Of a DNA stretch of 64,000 nt, positions 54,002 through 62,214 are shown one piece after another. The DNA is from Candidatus Limnocylindrales bacterium (GTDB lineage Bacteria; Chloroflexota; Limnocylindria; Limnocylindrales; CSP1-4). A program made the translations under genes and the position numbers. The stretch lies in the NCBI GenBank assembly GCA_046593725.1, contig JBKJQY010000021.1, positions 12,179 through 76,178 on the forward strand. The letters are read 5' to 3'. Every line of letters begins with the position of its first letter. Position 1 is the stretch's first letter. The notes below the pieces were generated by a model. It was given only the letters and a program-made list of their open reading frames with translations. It did not search any database and was not told where the DNA came from.

Positions 54002-54901
54002 ATGACGACTGCTGAGCACTCGCTTCCCGGCGCTCCCCGACGATCACCCGGGCGTCGGATCTCCACGTGGCTGCACCAGCATCCCAGGACACGACTCGGC
54101 CTCATCCTGGCTCTGCCGCTGGCATGGCTGCTCGTCGCCTACCTCGGGTCGCTGCTCGTCCTGTTCCTGAACGCGTTCTGGTCCCGCGACCCATTCACGT
54201 CGCTGGTGGTCCGCCAGTTCACGCTCGACAACTTCATCGAGCTGTTCAGTACGGACGTCTATCGGGCGGTGACTTTCCGGACGGTGGCGATGGCGCTGTT
54301 GGTCACGGTGACCTGTGCGTGCATCGCCTATCCCATCGCCTATTACATGGCGCGCGTCGCCTCCCCCCGCGTGCGCGGCTTCCTGGTCGTGGCGGTCGTC
54401 ATGCCGCTGTGGGCCAGCTACCTCATCAAGGCCTACTCGTGGCGCCTGATCCTGTCTCAGGACGGCGTCCTCGACTGGTCCCTCGGACCACTCGGACTCA
54501 AGGGCCCGGGGTTCGGGGACGTGGCGGTCTGGCTCGTGTTCGTGTACCTCTGGCTGCCGTTCATGATCCTGCCGATCTTCGCCGGGCTGGAGCGGATCCC
54601 GTCCTCGTTGCTCGAGGCATCGTCCGACCTTGGCGGCCGGAGCTGGGTCACGTTCCGTCGGGTGATCTGGCCACTGTCCGTCCCGGCGGTCGCCGCGGGC
54701 TCGATCTTCACGTTCTCGTTGACCATGGGCGACTACATCGTGCCCGGGCTCGTCTCCACGACGCAGTTCATCGGCAACGTGATCTTCATCAACGTCGCCC
54801 AGAACCTCCCGTTGGCCGCAGCCTACGCCCTCGTGCCGCTCGCGATCATGCTGTCGTACCTGTTCGTCGTACGGCGGTTCGGCGCCTTCGACGCGCTGTG
54901 A
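54002..54901 (+). CDS. ABC transporter permease (PotB-like)
   Basis: 299-aa ORF; six hydrophobic segments; EAA-type loop LLEASSDLGGRSWVTFRRVIWPL. Confidence 0.85.
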   Translation: MTTAEHSLPGAPRRSPGRRISTWLHQHPRTRLGLILALPLAWLLVAYLGSLLVLFLNAFWSRDPFTSLVVRQFTLDNFIELFSTDVYRAVTFRTVAMALLVTVTCACIAYPIAYYMARVASPRVRGFLVVAVVMPLWASYLIKAYSWRLILSQDGVLDWSLGPLGLKGPGFGDVAVWLVFVYLWLPFMILPIFAGLERIPSSLLEASSDLGGRSWVTFRRVIWPLSVPAVAAGSIFTFSLTMGDYIVPGLVSTTQFIGNVIFINVAQNLPLAAAYALVPLAIMLSYLFVVRRFGAFDAL

Positions 54902-55695
54902 TGCCGCGCGACCTCAGCCGTGTCGCCCTGCGGATCGCGACCGCGTTAGTCCTGGCATTCATCTATATCCCGCTCGCGATCGTCGTCATCTACGCCTTCA
55001 ACCCGAGCGGCACGTCGGCCTGGCCGCCATCCGGTTTCACTCTGTCATGGTTCGAGGTGGCGGCACGCAATACGGGCCTCCAACAGGCTTTCCTGACCTC
55101 GATCGTCGCGGCGCTCGGGGCGACCCTTATCGCGTTGGTTCTCGGCGGCCTCGCCTCGCTCGCGGTGGCCCGTTACGACTGGTTCGGCCGGGACACCGTC
55201 TCGTTCGTGATCCTCCTGCCGATCGCCCTGCCCGGGATCGTGACGGGTATGGCCCTCTCGACGACCTTCGCCTCGCTCAGCATCCCGCTGGGCCTGCTCA
55301 CGGTCATCGTCGGCCACGCCACGTTCTGCGTGGTCCTCGTGTTCAACAACGCCATCGCACGCCTGCGACGGACCGCGAGATCCTTCGAGGAAGCTTCAGC
55401 CGACCTGGGCGCCGACAGCTTCCAGACGTTCCGCTACGTGACGTTCCCGGCGCTCCGGTCGGCGCTGCTCGCGGGCGCCCTGCTCGCCTTCGCCCTCTCG
55501 TTCGACGAGGTCATCGTGACGATCTTCACCGCGGGTGGGATCAAGACGCTGCCGATCTGGATCTTCCAGAGCTTCCGCCTCGCGAACCAGGTACCCCTGG
55601 TCAACGTGGCTGGCGTGGTCGCGATCGCGTTGTCCGTGATCCCGGTCTATCTGGCGACGAGATTCAGCTCCGGGGCCGGCGTCGGGCGGACCTGA
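54901..55695 (+). CDS. ABC transporter permease (PotC-like)
   Basis: ORF 54067..55695, ATG 54901 (1-nt overlap with the PotB stop). FEEASADLGADSFQTFRYVTFPAL. Confidence 0.85.
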   Translation: MPRDLSRVALRIATALVLAFIYIPLAIVVIYAFNPSGTSAWPPSGFTLSWFEVAARNTGLQQAFLTSIVAALGATLIALVLGGLASLAVARYDWFGRDTVSFVILLPIALPGIVTGMALSTTFASLSIPLGLLTVIVGHATFCVVLVFNNAIARLRRTARSFEEASADLGADSFQTFRYVTFPALRSALLAGALLAFALSFDEVIVTIFTAGGIKTLPIWIFQSFRLANQVPLVNVAGVVAIALSVIPVYLATRFSSGAGVGRT

Positions 55696-55714
55696 CCGGC
55701 GAGCCGTAGCGCCG

Positions 55715-55819
55715 TCAGCCGACGAGGCGGGATCCGATCGCCCACTTCCAGCCACACGTCACCATCAGCGCCGCGAGCGGCAGGACCACCGCGACAGATC
55801 TCGACACGAGGTCGCGCAC
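55715..55819 (-). CDS. candidate 34-aa hydrophobic micro-protein
   Basis: Hand translation: VRDLVSRSVAVVLPLAALMVTCGWKWAIGSRLVG*. About 30 of 34 codons end in G/C. GGAG lies upstream. Below the ORF-track size cut-off. Confidence 0.25.
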   Translation of the reverse strand: MRDLVSRSVAVVLPLAALMVTCGWKWAIGSRLVG

Positions 55820-55952
55820 GAGACACCTCACTCCGGCACGAAACCGGATCACTCCGACGGCGGACCCCTCCAGGGAGTGCCCGGTCACGGACCGTCGGGT
55901 GAAGTCTCGCAGGGGCGGCTCACCGCTTGGTCAACTGCCACTTATCTGGCGC

Positions 55953-56126
55953 TTATCCCATGCTCGGGACGTGATCCGGCGCGAGGTACTTGTCCGGGTC
56001 GTCCTTGAACTCGAGCAGGCAACCCTTCCCGCAGAACCAGTACGTCACGCCGTCGTGCTCGTGGGAGAGCAGCGCGGTCGTGTCGTCGACCTGCATGCCG
56101 CAGACGGGATCGATCTGGATTGCCAT
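55953..56126 (-). CDS. YHS/TRASH-domain metal-binding protein
   Basis: ORF 55953..56297, ATG 56126. MAIQIDPVCGMQVDDTTALLSHEHDGVTYWFCGKGCLLEFKDDPDKY. Confidence 0.7.
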   Translation of the reverse strand: MAIQIDPVCGMQVDDTTALLSHEHDGVTYWFCGKGCLLEFKDDPDKYLAPDHVPSMG

Positions 56127-56151
56127 CGGACTTCCTCGACGCTGTGGGTTG

Positions 56152-56168
56152 ATACTCCAGGGCAGTAT
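56152..56168. promoter_or_regulatory. dyad ATACTCCAGGGCAGTAT (14/17 identical to the copA dyad) with an embedded TATACT
   Basis: Minus strand gTATACTGCCCTGGAGTATc, 26-42 nt upstream of the YHS ATG. Sits in the divergent gap to the TraR/DksA gene. Confidence 0.45.
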
Positions 56169-56217
56169 ACGGCACGGTCGACCGGACAGGCGCACGCTGG
56201 GGGCGTAGCATCGGCCG

Positions 56218-56556
56218 ATGGACACTGGATCCGGCAACCGGGACGCACTGCTCGAGGAGCGCGTGCGACTGCTCGGCGAAGTCGCCGAGACGATCACCGC
56301 CCCGAGCCAGATGACCTACGGGTCGCAGGCCGCCGCCGCCAGCCAGGTCTTCGAGCAGCAACGCGACCTCGCCCTGCGCGACCGTGCGACCCAGCACCTG
56401 GCGCTCGTGGACGCGGCGCTGGCCAGGCTGGACGCCGGGACCTATGGGCCGTGTCAACGCTGCGGCAAGCCGATCCCGGTCGAGCGGCTCGAGGCACTTC
56501 CATGGGCCGCCTACGACATCGACTGTCAGCGGGTGATCGACAAGGGCGGCCGTTGA
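56218..56556 (+). CDS. TraR/DksA-family C4 zinc-finger protein
   Basis: 112-aa ORF; coiled-coil N-terminus, then GTYGPCQRCGKPIPVERLEALPWAAYDIDC. Confidence 0.8.
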   Translation: MDTGSGNRDALLEERVRLLGEVAETITAPSQMTYGSQAAAASQVFEQQRDLALRDRATQHLALVDAALARLDAGTYGPCQRCGKPIPVERLEALPWAAYDIDCQRVIDKGGR

Positions 56557-57548
56557 CGACGAGGGACGCGCCGCTGGTCGACCTCGTGGCCATCCGCGCC
56601 GCGGCCGTCCGCCTGACCGGCATCGCGATCCGTTCGCCGCTGCTGGCATTCGGGCCGCCCGAGGGCCGCCGCTTCCTCAAGGCCGAATCCCTCCAGCCGA
56701 TCGGCGCGTTCAAGATCCGTGGCGCCTACAACGCCGTCGCCTCGCTGTCGGCAGACCAGCTCGCTCGCGGTGTCATCACCTACTCGTCCGGCAATCACGC
56801 CCAGGGCGTCGCTCGGGCCGCGCGCCTGCTCGGGGCGCCGGCGGTGGTGGTCATGCCATCCGACGCGCCGGCCATCAAGCGCGACAGGGTCGCGGCCGAT
56901 GGCGCGGAGGTCGTCATCGTCGGGCCTTCCAGCGACGAGCGCCAACGGGTCGCCGAGGCCCTGGCCCTCGAGCGCGGCCTGTCGATCGTCCCGCCGTTCG
57001 ACGACGACCGGATCATCGCGGGCCAGGGCACGGTCGGCCTCGAGATCGTGGAAGACCTGCCGGACGTGGCCGCGATCCTCGTCCCGGTGGGTGGCGGCGG
57101 GCTGGCCAGCGGGGTCGCGGCGGCGGTCAAGGCCCTCCGGCCGACGACCCGTGTGATCGGTGTGGAACCGGAGCTGGCCGCCGACGCGCGCGATTCACTG
57201 CGCCGCGGCGAGATCGTCCGCTGGTCCCCGTCCGACGTCGCGCGCACCTGCGCTGACGGTACCCGGACCCAGGCGCTCGGCCGACGGACGTTCCTGCACC
57301 TGCGCGCCCATCTCGACACGATCGTGACCGTGACCGAGGCAGAGATCGTGGCCGGCGTCCGCCTGGCGGCCGAGATCGGCCGGATCGTCGCCGAACCGTC
57401 CGGGGCGCTCTCGATCGCTGCGATGACCTTCCGCTGGGATGAGCTTGCGCTAGGCGCGACCGATGGCCCGGTCGTGGCCGTGGTCAGTGGCGGGAACGTG
57501 GATCCGGAGCAGTACCGCGCCTACCTCGCGGTGCCACTCCCCGTCTGA
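56553..57548 (+). CDS. PLP-dependent threonine/serine dehydratase (no ACT domain)
   Basis: Frame of ORF 55899..57548. TTG 56553 (TTGA overlap). LKAESLQPIGAFKIRGA (PLP Lys), SSGNHAQG, GGGGLASG. Confidence 0.85.
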   Translation: MTTRDAPLVDLVAIRAAAVRLTGIAIRSPLLAFGPPEGRRFLKAESLQPIGAFKIRGAYNAVASLSADQLARGVITYSSGNHAQGVARAARLLGAPAVVVMPSDAPAIKRDRVAADGAEVVIVGPSSDERQRVAEALALERGLSIVPPFDDDRIIAGQGTVGLEIVEDLPDVAAILVPVGGGGLASGVAAAVKALRPTTRVIGVEPELAADARDSLRRGEIVRWSPSDVARTCADGTRTQALGRRTFLHLRAHLDTIVTVTEAEIVAGVRLAAEIGRIVAEPSGALSIAAMTFRWDELALGATDGPVVAVVSGGNVDPEQYRAYLAVPLPV

Positions 57549-57554
57549 TCGGGT

Positions 57555-58586
57555 TCAGGGCCGTTCGCCGCGCTCCTCGGCCAGGCGGTCCGCCAGTCGC
57601 TGCTCGCGGACGCGGATGGCCGCGAGGTCAGCCGTAGCTGCGCGATCCGCCCGCGGCGTAGCTCGCTCCTCGGAGCGCATCCAGCCCCACATCAACGCCA
57701 TCAGGGCGGCGATGAAGATCGCGTCGCCGGCGATCCACATGATCCCTGCCGCCAGCTTCTGGTCGGCCAGCGCGTCCGACGGCCACGGCAGGGCGAGCGT
57801 CGCGTAGTGCTGATAGAGAACGCTCGACGCACCCAGGATGACGACCGCGAGGAACGTGTTCTGGGTCATCTGCATGAACACATAGGTCAGTCGACCGGGG
57901 TGGCCCATACGCGACGGCGCCGGATCGAGCGCCACGACCGGCCACCAGAACAGCATCGCCGCCGTCAGGAACAGGGCGTGCTCCAGGTCGTGGACGAGGG
58001 GGTCCTCCAGTGACGCGTCGAACAGCGGCGAAAAGTGGCTGACCCACATGACGACCGCGAGCGTCAACCAGGCGACGACCGGGTTGGACAGGACACGGAC
58101 CACCCGCGAGTGCAGGATCGGCAGCAGCCAGCGTCGTCGGGTCCCGGACGAGCTGACCCGGAGGCACAGCGTGACCGGGGCGGCCAGCGCGAGCAACGGC
58201 GCCGACACCAGGATGAGCAGGACGTGCTGGACCATGTGCACGGAGAACGATGTCGTGTCGTAGCGGCCGATCCCGGACACGAGGGCGAAGGCGATCGCGG
58301 TCATCCCGGCGAGGAACGCCCAGGTCCGCCGGCGAGGGACCGGATTGGCCGGGTGGCTGGCGTTGACCCGTCCGACGGCCCAGAACCACCACGTCGTGGC
58401 GGCCAGGATCGCCAGAGTCGGGACGGGCTCGAAGGTCCAGCCGAGCAGCAGCGAGGCGGCCGTGGGCGGCTCGGCGGGCGGCACGCCATGAGCGGCCGCG
58501 GGAGCGGCGCCGACGAGCCAGGCCGCCACGCCGGCGGCGAGTCCCAGGACGGCGCTGGACCGGCGCGTCGATCGCATGGTCGGCAT
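57555..58586 (-). CDS. ctaG: cytochrome c oxidase assembly protein (Bacillus CtaG-type membrane protein)
   Basis: 343-aa ORF; multi-pass, …SFSVHMVQHVLLILVSAPLLAL… signature. Confidence 0.75.
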   Translation of the reverse strand: MPTMRSTRRSSAVLGLAAGVAAWLVGAAPAAAHGVPPAEPPTAASLLLGWTFEPVPTLAILAATTWWFWAVGRVNASHPANPVPRRRTWAFLAGMTAIAFALVSGIGRYDTTSFSVHMVQHVLLILVSAPLLALAAPVTLCLRVSSSGTRRRWLLPILHSRVVRVLSNPVVAWLTLAVVMWVSHFSPLFDASLEDPLVHDLEHALFLTAAMLFWWPVVALDPAPSRMGHPGRLTYVFMQMTQNTFLAVVILGASSVLYQHYATLALPWPSDALADQKLAAGIMWIAGDAIFIAALMALMWGWMRSEERATPRADRAATADLAAIRVREQRLADRLAEERGERP

Positions 58587-58633
58587 CGTCGCATGAACGG
58601 ACCGAGCGGACGCGCGCCTCGCATCCGCTCGGG

Positions 58634-58639
58634 TAGAAT
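58634..58639 (+). promoter_or_regulatory. TAGAAT -10 candidate for the cta operon
   Basis: gggTAGAATg, 90 nt upstream of the ctaC ATG. No convincing -35. Confidence 0.25.
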
Positions 58640-58728
58640 GACCGGCGTCCGGCCGGGTGGTCGGTCCATGGGCCTATGCACATCGCCAAGGCCCGTCCGT
58701 GCCCGAAGACCCATCCTCGAGGACGTTG

Positions 58729-59592
58729 ATGTCGAGCCCTCCCAGGACGCGCCCCTCCACCGTCGCGCTCACGGCGATCGCGGTCGGGGTCCTCGTCGTG
58801 GGCGCCGTGGTGGTGGCCGCGATCCTGGGCGTGAACGTGATCAAGTACGGCGAGACCTTCGTCACCGGCCTGTACCCGCCCCAGGCCGTGACCGCCCAGG
58901 GCGGCAAGATCCGCGACCTGTACACGATCGTGTTCCTGGTCGCGGTCGCCATCTTCTTCGTCGTCGAGGGCCTGATCCTGTGGTCCGTGATCCGGTACCA
59001 CCGCAAGCCGGGCGACGACTCCCTGCCACCCCAGACGCACGGCAACAATGCCGCCGAGGCGGTCTGGACCATCGTCCCGACCCTCATCGTCGCCTTCCTG
59101 TTCGTCATCTCGTGGCAGACGCTCAACGAGGTCGATGCCACCTCCGCCGCGCCCCAGACGCGGCTCCACGCGCAGGCGGGCCAGTTCCAATGGAGCTTCG
59201 ACTACCTCGACGCGAACGGCAACATCCTCTACACCGAGTTCGCTCCGGTCGGCCCGGAGGGGGGCCTCAACGTCCCGACCGGGCGGACCATCGAACTGAC
59301 GCTGAACAGCAAGGACGTGATCCACGCCTTCTACGTCCCGCAGTTCCTGTTCAAGCGGGATGTCGTGCCGGGCCGGACCAACAAGTTCCAGTTCGACGTC
59401 CAGGATTCGATGGCCGGCCAGACCTTCCGCGGCCAGTGCGCCGAGCTCTGCGGAGCCGGCCACGACGTGATGCTGTTCGAAGTCCACGCCATGTCGGGCA
59501 AGGAGTTCGATGCCTGGCTGGCCGCCAAGGTGGCCGAGGCTGCGGCCACGCCGACGCCCGCCGCGTCGCCTTCCGGCAGCACCGCCCCATGA
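58729..59592 (+). CDS. ctaC: cytochrome c oxidase subunit II (no fused cytochrome c domain)
   Basis: ORF 58657..59592, ATG 58729. Two TM helices; CuA site H…CAELCGAGHDVM. No CxxCH anywhere. Confidence 0.9.
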   Translation: MSSPPRTRPSTVALTAIAVGVLVVGAVVVAAILGVNVIKYGETFVTGLYPPQAVTAQGGKIRDLYTIVFLVAVAIFFVVEGLILWSVIRYHRKPGDDSLPPQTHGNNAAEAVWTIVPTLIVAFLFVISWQTLNEVDATSAAPQTRLHAQAGQFQWSFDYLDANGNILYTEFAPVGPEGGLNVPTGRTIELTLNSKDVIHAFYVPQFLFKRDVVPGRTNKFQFDVQDSMAGQTFRGQCAELCGAGHDVMLFEVHAMSGKEFDAWLAAKVAEAAATPTPAASPSGSTAP

Positions 59593-59624
59593 CCACCGCG
59601 TCCCACGGCACGAGGATCGACTGA

Positions 59625-61253
59625 ATGGCGACCACCACGCTGACACCGGCCGCCACGGCGTACAAGAGCGGGCTCTATGACTGGGTGACGACGACCGATC
59701 ACAAGAAGATCGGGATCCTGTACATCGTCAACTCATTCCTGTTCTTCTTCATCGGCGGGATCCTGGCCCTGGCCGTCCGCAGCGAGCTGGCGGTGCCCGG
59801 CCTCCAATTCCTGACGAGCGCGACCTATAACCAGGTCTTCACGATGCACGCCACGTTCATGATCTTCCTCTTCGTGATCCCGATGCTGGCGGGCTTCGGC
59901 AACTATGTGGTACCGCTCATGATCGGCGCTCCTGACATGGCCTTCCCGCGGATTAACGCCCTGTCGCTGTGGATGCTGCCGCTGGCCGGCGTGCTCCTGC
60001 TCACAGGATTCGTCACAGGTGGGACGGCCGCAGCAGGATGGACGAGCTACGCGCCGCTGTCCGAGGACTTCCCGCTGTCATCGCCCGGCGCAGGCCAGGA
60101 CCTGTGGATCGTGGCGCTCATCCTGATCGGGACGAGCTCCATCCTGGGGGCCATCAACTTCATCGTGACGATCTTCAAGATGCGGGCACCGGGCATGACC
60201 CTGTTCCGCATGCCGATCATGGTCTGGACGGTCCTTACGACGTCGGTCCTCGTGCTGATGGCCACCCCGGTCATCACGAGCGCGTTGATCATGCTGTTCA
60301 TCGACCGGAACTACGGCGGCAGCTTCTTCGATCCGCGCACGGGAGGGGACCCGATCCTCTATCAGAACATCTTCTGGTTCTACTCCCACCCGGCGGTCTA
60401 CGTCATGGTGCTGCCGGCGATGGGCATGATCAGCGAGATCCTGCCGGTGTTCAGCCGCAAGCCGCTGTTCGGCTACAAGGCGTTCGTGTTCGCCACGGCA
60501 GGCATCGGGGCGCTCGGGTTCTCCGTGTGGGCGCACCACATGTTCACGACAGGTGCGGTCTACCTGCCGTTCTTCAGCCTCATGACGTTCCTGATCGCGA
60601 TTCCCACGGGTGTGAAGATGTTCAACTGGATCTTCACGATGTGGCGCGGCAAGCTGACATTCTCGACCCCGATGATCTTCGCGATCGGGTTCCTCTCGAT
60701 GTTCCTGCTGGGCGGGATCAACGGTGCGATCACGGCCTCGGTCCCGGTGGACTTCGCCCTGCACGACACCTATTTCGTGGTGGCGCACCTCCACTACGTC
60801 CTGTTCGGCGGGTCCGTCTTCGGGATCATGGCCGGGTTCTACTACTGGTTCCCCAAGATGACCGGCCGGATGCTCAATGAGACGCTGGGCAAGACCCAGT
60901 TCGTGCTGATGTTCATCGGCTTCAACCTGACGTTCTTCCCGATGCATGAACTCGGCCTGGCCGGGATGCCGCGCCGCATCGCCGACTACTCGTCGACGGC
61001 CGGCTGGAACGACTTGAATCTGCTGGCCACCGTCGGTGGCTTCCTGATCGCGGCCAGCATGCTGCCGCTCCTGTGGAACGTCTTTGTCTCGCTGCGCAGC
61101 GGCCAACCGGCCGGCGACGACCCATGGGAGGCGAACACGCTCGAGTGGGCGACCAGCTCGCCGCCGCCGCCGTACAACTTTGATCGACTGCCGGAGATCC
61201 GCTCTGAGCGACCCCTGTTCGACGTCCGGCACGGGCCGGCGGCGGACCACTGA
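59625..61253 (+). CDS. ctaD: cytochrome c oxidase subunit I
   Basis: 542-aa ORF; WFYSHPAVYVMVLP, HHMFT, HYVLFGG. Confidence 0.95.
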   Translation: MATTTLTPAATAYKSGLYDWVTTTDHKKIGILYIVNSFLFFFIGGILALAVRSELAVPGLQFLTSATYNQVFTMHATFMIFLFVIPMLAGFGNYVVPLMIGAPDMAFPRINALSLWMLPLAGVLLLTGFVTGGTAAAGWTSYAPLSEDFPLSSPGAGQDLWIVALILIGTSSILGAINFIVTIFKMRAPGMTLFRMPIMVWTVLTTSVLVLMATPVITSALIMLFIDRNYGGSFFDPRTGGDPILYQNIFWFYSHPAVYVMVLPAMGMISEILPVFSRKPLFGYKAFVFATAGIGALGFSVWAHHMFTTGAVYLPFFSLMTFLIAIPTGVKMFNWIFTMWRGKLTFSTPMIFAIGFLSMFLLGGINGAITASVPVDFALHDTYFVVAHLHYVLFGGSVFGIMAGFYYWFPKMTGRMLNETLGKTQFVLMFIGFNLTFFPMHELGLAGMPRRIADYSSTAGWNDLNLLATVGGFLIAASMLPLLWNVFVSLRSGQPAGDDPWEANTLEWATSSPPPPYNFDRLPEIRSERPLFDVRHGPAADH

Positions 61254-61267
61254 GCGCGAGCGCCACG

Positions 61268-61915
61268 ATGACCACCGACAGCCAGTCCCTCACCACCACG
61301 CCGGCGCAGCACGACCCACTGGAGCACTACGGCCACGACCGTGGCGGCGGCATCAGCAACCCGATCATGGGGATGATGCTGTTCATCACCTCCGAGGTGA
61401 TGTTCTTCGCCGGCCTCTTCGCGGCCTACTTCAATACCCGGGCATCCGCATCGATCTGGCCGCCCGAGGAGTTCGCCGAGACCCTCAAGATCATGCCGTT
61501 CGTGGGACCCGCCACGATCCTCCTGATCATCAGCTCATTCACCTGCCAGATCGCGGTGTGGTCCATCCGCAAGGGAGACCGGGTCAGGTTCATCCGGGCC
61601 ATGTCCGTGACGGTCGTTCTGGGCATCACCTTCCTGATCATGCAGGCAGTCGACTACTTCGTGCTTGGCAGTGAGGGACTCACCCTCTCGTCGGGCACGT
61701 TCGGGACCACGTACTACACACTCACCGGCTTCCATGGCGCCCACGTGTTCGGTGGCGTCGTGATGTTGAGCGTCATCCTCTACCGCGGGATGGCCGGGCA
61801 ATTCTCAGCCAAGCATCACGACGCGGTCGAGGCCGCGTCGCTGTACTGGCACTTCGTCGACGTCGTGTGGATCCTGCTGTTCACACTGTTGTACATCGTC
61901 CCGGGCAAGGGCTGA
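61268..61915 (+). CDS. ctaE: cytochrome c oxidase subunit III
   Basis: 215-aa ORF; …YYTLTGFHGAHVFGG…YWHFVDVVW. Confidence 0.9.
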   Translation: MTTDSQSLTTTPAQHDPLEHYGHDRGGGISNPIMGMMLFITSEVMFFAGLFAAYFNTRASASIWPPEEFAETLKIMPFVGPATILLIISSFTCQIAVWSIRKGDRVRFIRAMSVTVVLGITFLIMQAVDYFVLGSEGLTLSSGTFGTTYYTLTGFHGAHVFGGVVMLSVILYRGMAGQFSAKHHDAVEAASLYWHFVDVVWILLFTLLYIVPGKG

Positions 61916-61929
61916 GGAGGACCCGCCAG

Positions 61930-62151
61930 GTGCATCTCCTGAAGCATCCACGCAACGCGGCCTTGCTGGGCGTGATCTTCATCGCGATCGGGGTCATCTA
62001 CCTCGTCGTCCCGAATGTCCTCGGGGTGAACGACGTGAACGGCGACGCGAACTGGCTCGACATCGCGGCCGGTGGCACGATGCTGTTGGCCCTCGGGGTC
62101 GCGATGTCGCTCATGGCCTACGTCCTCGCGGCAGGGACACGCGGCGAATGA
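61930..62151 (+). CDS. small two-helix membrane protein in the cta cluster
   Basis: ORF 61867..62151, GTG 61930. VHLLKHPRNAALLGVIFIAIGVIYLVV…GGTMLLALGVAMSLMAYVLAA. Confidence 0.5.
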   Translation: MHLLKHPRNAALLGVIFIAIGVIYLVVPNVLGVNDVNGDANWLDIAAGGTMLLALGVAMSLMAYVLAAGTRGE

Positions 62152-62214
62152 CCCGGCGCGTGACCGGCCGTTCCGTGCGTCCAGCAGCCGCCCTGGCCTG
62201 ACCCGAGCACCGCC

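Noticed and set aside
57628-59646. 672-aa minus ORF and 529-aa plus ORF spanning ctaG and ctaC.
   Set aside because: These are high-GC frame shadows (R/G/P/D-rich). The recognisable CtaG and CtaC frames explain the region.
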